A DNA stretch of 64,000 nucleotides, from positions 64,001 through 128,000 of the forward strand of contig CAWAKC010000010.1 in the NCBI GenBank assembly GCA_963782525.1, read 5' to 3'. A program made the position numbers and the translations under genes. The number at the start of each line of letters is the position of its first letter. The stretch's first letter is position 1. Below are positions 60,607 to 64,000 of this stretch, one piece after another. The notes under the pieces are model-generated. The model was not told where the DNA came from. It saw nothing but the letters and a program-made list of their open reading frames with translations, and ran no database searches. Source of the stretch: Candidatus Bathyarchaeota archaeon. Lineage in GTDB: Archaea; Thermoproteota; Bathyarchaeia; Bathyarchaeales; Bathycorpusculaceae.

Positions 60607-61665
60607 ATGAGTAAAATGATCGTAACCGAAATATTTACCGTAACCGGCAACACCGATGTCGACGACGACATAATATTCTGCAGAAGATTAGTATTCGTAG
60701 GACCAAACGCTCAACTTGTAATCAAACCCAAGAAAGGCGCACCACCAGGCGCTCAACGCATCCTCAAAATAGTAACCAATGTCATCGACTCAACATTAGC
60801 CGGAGGCTCAGGAGAAATAACATACAACCTCGACGGAGACTACTTCCCAGCATATGAACTCCCAATAGGCGATTCCGGTCTTGACCCCGAGACACAAGCC
60901 AAGACTGGAGACGATGGAACCCCAAGCTTCAACCAAGGCCCAATTCCACTCCCAGACATCGCATCACCAAACTTCGACTTAATTCTAGACCCAACTCACT
61001 TTGTGGGTAATTACCCAAGAGCTTTAGATGGCGGCAGCGGCAAACCAGGCGGCAGAGGCAACAAAGGAGTGACTGGAGTCAACGCACCTATCGTGGAAAT
61101 CTGGGTCACAGAAATCGACGGAAAATTGGTTCTCGACCTTAAAGGGCAACAAGGCGGCATCGGCGGAAAAGGAGGAAACGGCCAGATCGCAGGCAACGGA
61201 CAAGGAGGATCGCTTGGAGTTCCAGGAACAGACACAACATGGCTAGGCATTCCAAACCTCACTTGCATACAAGGACCAGGATTGGGTGGCGATGGCGGTA
61301 AAGGAGGAAACGCAGGATGCGGTGGAGACGGTGGAGACGGCGGCAATGGAGGCACAGCCAAAATATTCTACACTAGTAGCGTAAACATGGCCAATGTGAC
61401 ACCAAACCTCCAAAAAGGCAAAGGCGGACAGCCTGGATCACCAGGAATAGCGGGCAAAGGGGGGAAATCAGGTCCACCTGGAGCCAATCCTCCACCATGT
61501 CCATCAGCTTTAGTCTCCCAAGATGGTGCAGACGGCGACCCATGCCTCTCAGACACTGGAGATAAACGCGGCGGAGTAGCACAACCCGGGGCAGACGGCA
61601 TAGACGGAAAGTATTACACTTACCCAATCAAAGCCATTCCCCAAATGCCCGGACTCTTTCCCTAA
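60607..61665 (+). CDS. Glycine-rich protein B (paralog of A)
   Basis: AGGAGG RBS; same block order as A (EITY..DG, AP..EI.V, KGQ.GG, C..PG.GG, GGNGG..K.F). Confidence 0.8.
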   Translation: MSKMIVTEIFTVTGNTDVDDDIIFCRRLVFVGPNAQLVIKPKKGAPPGAQRILKIVTNVIDSTLAGGSGEITYNLDGDYFPAYELPIGDSGLDPETQAKTGDDGTPSFNQGPIPLPDIASPNFDLILDPTHFVGNYPRALDGGSGKPGGRGNKGVTGVNAPIVEIWVTEIDGKLVLDLKGQQGGIGGKGGNGQIAGNGQGGSLGVPGTDTTWLGIPNLTCIQGPGLGGDGGKGGNAGCGGDGGDGGNGGTAKIFYTSSVNMANVTPNLQKGKGGQPGSPGIAGKGGKSGPPGANPPPCPSALVSQDGADGDPCLSDTGDKRGGVAQPGADGIDGKYYTYPIKAIPQMPGLFP

Positions 61666-61712
61666 AAAATATCCACGGTTAGCTCTTTAAACGCTAACCG
61701 CAAACCCTTTTT

Positions 61713-62831
61713 TTATTTTTGCTGTAAACTAATTCCTCTATCTTGAATTTCATCAGAAACCACTTTTCTAAACAAGATAGTTCCCTTAATTGATTCTTCG
61801 ACTTCGAGCTCGGTAACTTTGCCAAGGATTGTTTCCATGTCGGCAAGAATCTCTGGACATGTTGCCTGAACTGATTTTTTGAAGGGCTCAAAGGGGACAT
61901 AGAAGGATGGTTTTCTACCTTTTCTCGCTTCTTCAAGTACCACAGGGCATCTTGAGAGTGAATATGCCCAGAACCTGAGGTAAAAATTCGCATTCGGATA
62001 ATCTTTCTTAGCAATCAATGCGTTTGCGACCAGCTCCCGGTATTCAAGCTCTAGGGGAGAGATAGAATATGCGAAATGACCTTTTGCCCTCATACTTACC
62101 CCAGAAAGTTGGCGTCCATCACACCTCAACCGCACATTATCGTAAACTCTGCGAAGCGCAGCAAGCGAGAATGATGGGTCGACATCCAAATGCAGATTAC
62201 CCCTTAACAGTGGTTCCAGCTCGCAATTGGTTTCCCCAGCCATATGCTCGAGTTTAGTCACTGGGCGAGTCAAAAGACTCATAGTGCTGCGTTTAAGGCA
62301 GTCCGCCAAGGCTGTGATATAGTAAGAATGGGCTGTCTGCAAAAAGAAGAGAGCAGCCGAAGGAAAATCCAGATTCTTTCTTGACTCTTCAAGAGCAGCA
62401 TCGCCAAACCCTATCTGGTGCCCAATTCTTTGCTCCCACACAGCCTTATCGTAAACACTCAACTTTATACTATCAATCAGGTCCCTAACGGGTTCAGATC
62501 GCAACCAGACCGGCTCATACTCGAGCAGAAGATGAGGAAGAACTTTGTAACTCGCAGCCTCGAGGGAGTCAACCATCTTTGAAACCGGTATCCATAGAAT
62601 GTCTACGAACACTCGTCCCATTTGGCTCTCCACTGTTATTCTCTCCGGGTATTCTTCGGGCCCCTCCCAGATCGATATTAAATCGACATCTGACACTTCA
62701 GGGCAATCCTCATCCAAAAAAGGTTTTCTAACTAGAACACCCAAAGATCGGGGTTCAAGCAAACTAGACGCCTTCTTTGCAGCTTCAAGAAGGCTACGGT
62801 TATCTAAGGTAAGAGGACTGTCTTCAAGCAT
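61713..62831 (-). CDS. Pol-beta-type nucleotidyltransferase-like protein with helical C-terminal domain
   Basis: SDVDL plus downstream VDI acidic triad; helical C-terminal half; TAATG coupling to the cyclase gene. Confidence 0.5.
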   Translation of the reverse strand: MLEDSPLTLDNRSLLEAAKKASSLLEPRSLGVLVRKPFLDEDCPEVSDVDLISIWEGPEEYPERITVESQMGRVFVDILWIPVSKMVDSLEAASYKVLPHLLLEYEPVWLRSEPVRDLIDSIKLSVYDKAVWEQRIGHQIGFGDAALEESRKNLDFPSAALFFLQTAHSYYITALADCLKRSTMSLLTRPVTKLEHMAGETNCELEPLLRGNLHLDVDPSFSLAALRRVYDNVRLRCDGRQLSGVSMRAKGHFAYSISPLELEYRELVANALIAKKDYPNANFYLRFWAYSLSRCPVVLEEARKGRKPSFYVPFEPFKKSVQATCPEILADMETILGKVTELEVEESIKGTILFRKVVSDEIQDRGISLQQK

Positions 62832-63907
62832 TATAGTTCACCTTTCAAAGATTTATTTTCGAACTCTGAGAGTGCCGCGAAAACTGTTGCTGTTGTGAAT
62901 AGACGCTTGTGGTCTTTGATTGCAGCGTTTATTGCTTTTCCGTCTTGGTTCCAGAAAGTCTGGTTCCAAGGGTCCATCATCGATGGATAAGGTATCCTCA
63001 GAATATGGTTGGTGCTCCAGCTTCCGTCTGATAGCTGGTGATTCAAAAGCCATCTTACGCAATTTAGTATCTTCTCTGAGAAGTTCGAGTTAGCTTCAAC
63101 CATAAGACCTTTCAATGCCAGAGCTGTTGAGAAAGGCCAACCTTCAATGGGTTGGATCGAATCGCTCCAGCTCCCATCTGCCAGCTGCGTTTTCGCAATC
63201 CAATTCTGAGCATTGCCAAAAATTTTTGCATTATTGTCTCCTGCTGCCTTTAGGGCTTCCATGCAGTTAACGGTGGCATAGAGTTTCCCGCTCCACCAGT
63301 AAGGATTCCAGTAGCCTTCCACAACTTGACCTCTTCTAATATATTCTAACGCCTTGCCGACACCTTGAGTCGAACCATTCTCAATCAACGCCTGGGTGGC
63401 CACCGCAGTGACACACAACTGGGAGGATGCCCAGCCTTCAAACGATACGGTTCCATCCAACATCATGTAACGCCCAACGTGACTTGGATTAGCATAAGTT
63501 CTAAAGCCGCCATCAACTGGACTTTGATGCTTTAACAGAAAACTAATGGCCTTCTCACGGCTGACTTGACTTTGTATCCCAAGCTTTGCGAGGAAACGAA
63601 GGCACCAAGCGGTCGAATCTCCATCGGAGGGAACACCAAAACCATAGCCCCAGCCTCCAACATCGCTCTGATGAGCAAGGACGCTGTGACCGATCGTCTC
63701 AAGCCACTTCTTCTCCTCAGGATCGTCAAGGTGACAAATTATGTTGTGTCCCACGTACCCAGAAACCCAATAAACACTCTCACCTGCCAAAGTGAGAAAA
63801 TCAGACCAAAACCCATCCGGGTTACGGCTGTCTTTTAAAAACTTGAAAGTTCTATCAAGTGAGATCCTTAACCTATCAGAATTTTCTGAATTTCTTCGAA
63901 CCGCCAT
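62831..63907 (-). CDS. Monodomain class II terpene cyclase (prenyltransferase/squalene cyclase alpha-alpha barrel), MstE-like
   Basis: Six QW-type repeats (NPDGFW, QSDVGGW, QSPVDGGF, QVVEGYW, QLADGSW, QLSDGSW); DGDST acid motif; LRIPYP; FTTATV. Confidence 0.8.
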   Translation of the reverse strand: MAVRRNSENSDRLRISLDRTFKFLKDSRNPDGFWSDFLTLAGESVYWVSGYVGHNIICHLDDPEEKKWLETIGHSVLAHQSDVGGWGYGFGVPSDGDSTAWCLRFLAKLGIQSQVSREKAISFLLKHQSPVDGGFRTYANPSHVGRYMMLDGTVSFEGWASSQLCVTAVATQALIENGSTQGVGKALEYIRRGQVVEGYWNPYWWSGKLYATVNCMEALKAAGDNNAKIFGNAQNWIAKTQLADGSWSDSIQPIEGWPFSTALALKGLMVEANSNFSEKILNCVRWLLNHQLSDGSWSTNHILRIPYPSMMDPWNQTFWNQDGKAINAAIKDHKRLFTTATVFAALSEFENKSLKGEL

Positions 63908-63909
63908 AT

Positions 63910-64000
63910 TTAATCCATCTGACCCATATTTATCGGAAATTCGACTTGACTTTTACTCCAGACTTGAATTCTCAAAGGTGAGATTGTATTATTGAAGGGA
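63910..64000 (-). CDS. 3' end of an upstream gene of the cyclase operon (truncated by the window)
   Basis: Open frame ...PFNNTISPLRIQVWSKSQVEFPINMGQMD* ends 2 nt before the cyclase ATG. Confidence 0.5.
   Translation of the reverse strand, partial: PFNNTISPLRIQVWSKSQVEFPINMGQMD

Noticed and set aside
59667-61665. True collagen, and the long antisense Pro-rich ORFs over this region
   Set aside because: The tracts are short and GG-rich rather than long Gly-X-Y runs; the antisense ORFs are shadows of Gly codons.
1-64000. CRISPR array, rRNA, reverse transcriptase or provirus
   Set aside because: No regularly spaced repeat-spacer array, rRNA signature, RT motif or viral structural gene was seen by eye.

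Overview
This is an archaeal chromosome window, most likely Bathyarchaeia. The evidence is an unsplit Rpo1, archaeal NusA/L30e, BHB-intron tRNA, large PQQ-like beta-propeller surface proteins with TrmB regulators, and frequent TTG starts. Core content: an AOR/Fe-S/MoaD locus, oligopeptidase F, tRNA-Leu(CAA) with two introns, the rpo2-rpo1-rpl30e-nusA operon, NucS, Cdc6, tatA/tatC, two ApgM-family mutases and a surface-glycosylation cluster. Mobile or decayed material includes an intact IS1182 with TIRs and a 4-bp TSD, a frameshifted LAGLIDADG gene abutting the tRNA, an integrase remnant with 18-bp direct repeats, and several pseudogenes. Four loci stand out. (1) At the right edge, a gene for a stand-alone MstE-like class II (mero)terpene cyclase is coupled to a nucleotidyltransferase-like gene. 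(2) Two signal-less polyglycine-II-type paralogs face that operon. (3) A three-gene operon looks like a minimal, hinge-less archaeal SMC5/6 complex (SMC + Nse4-like kleisin + MAGE/Nse3-like KITE). (4) There is a divergent eL22-like ribosomal protein gene. All family assignments come from motif reading and memory of the families; no database search was run.
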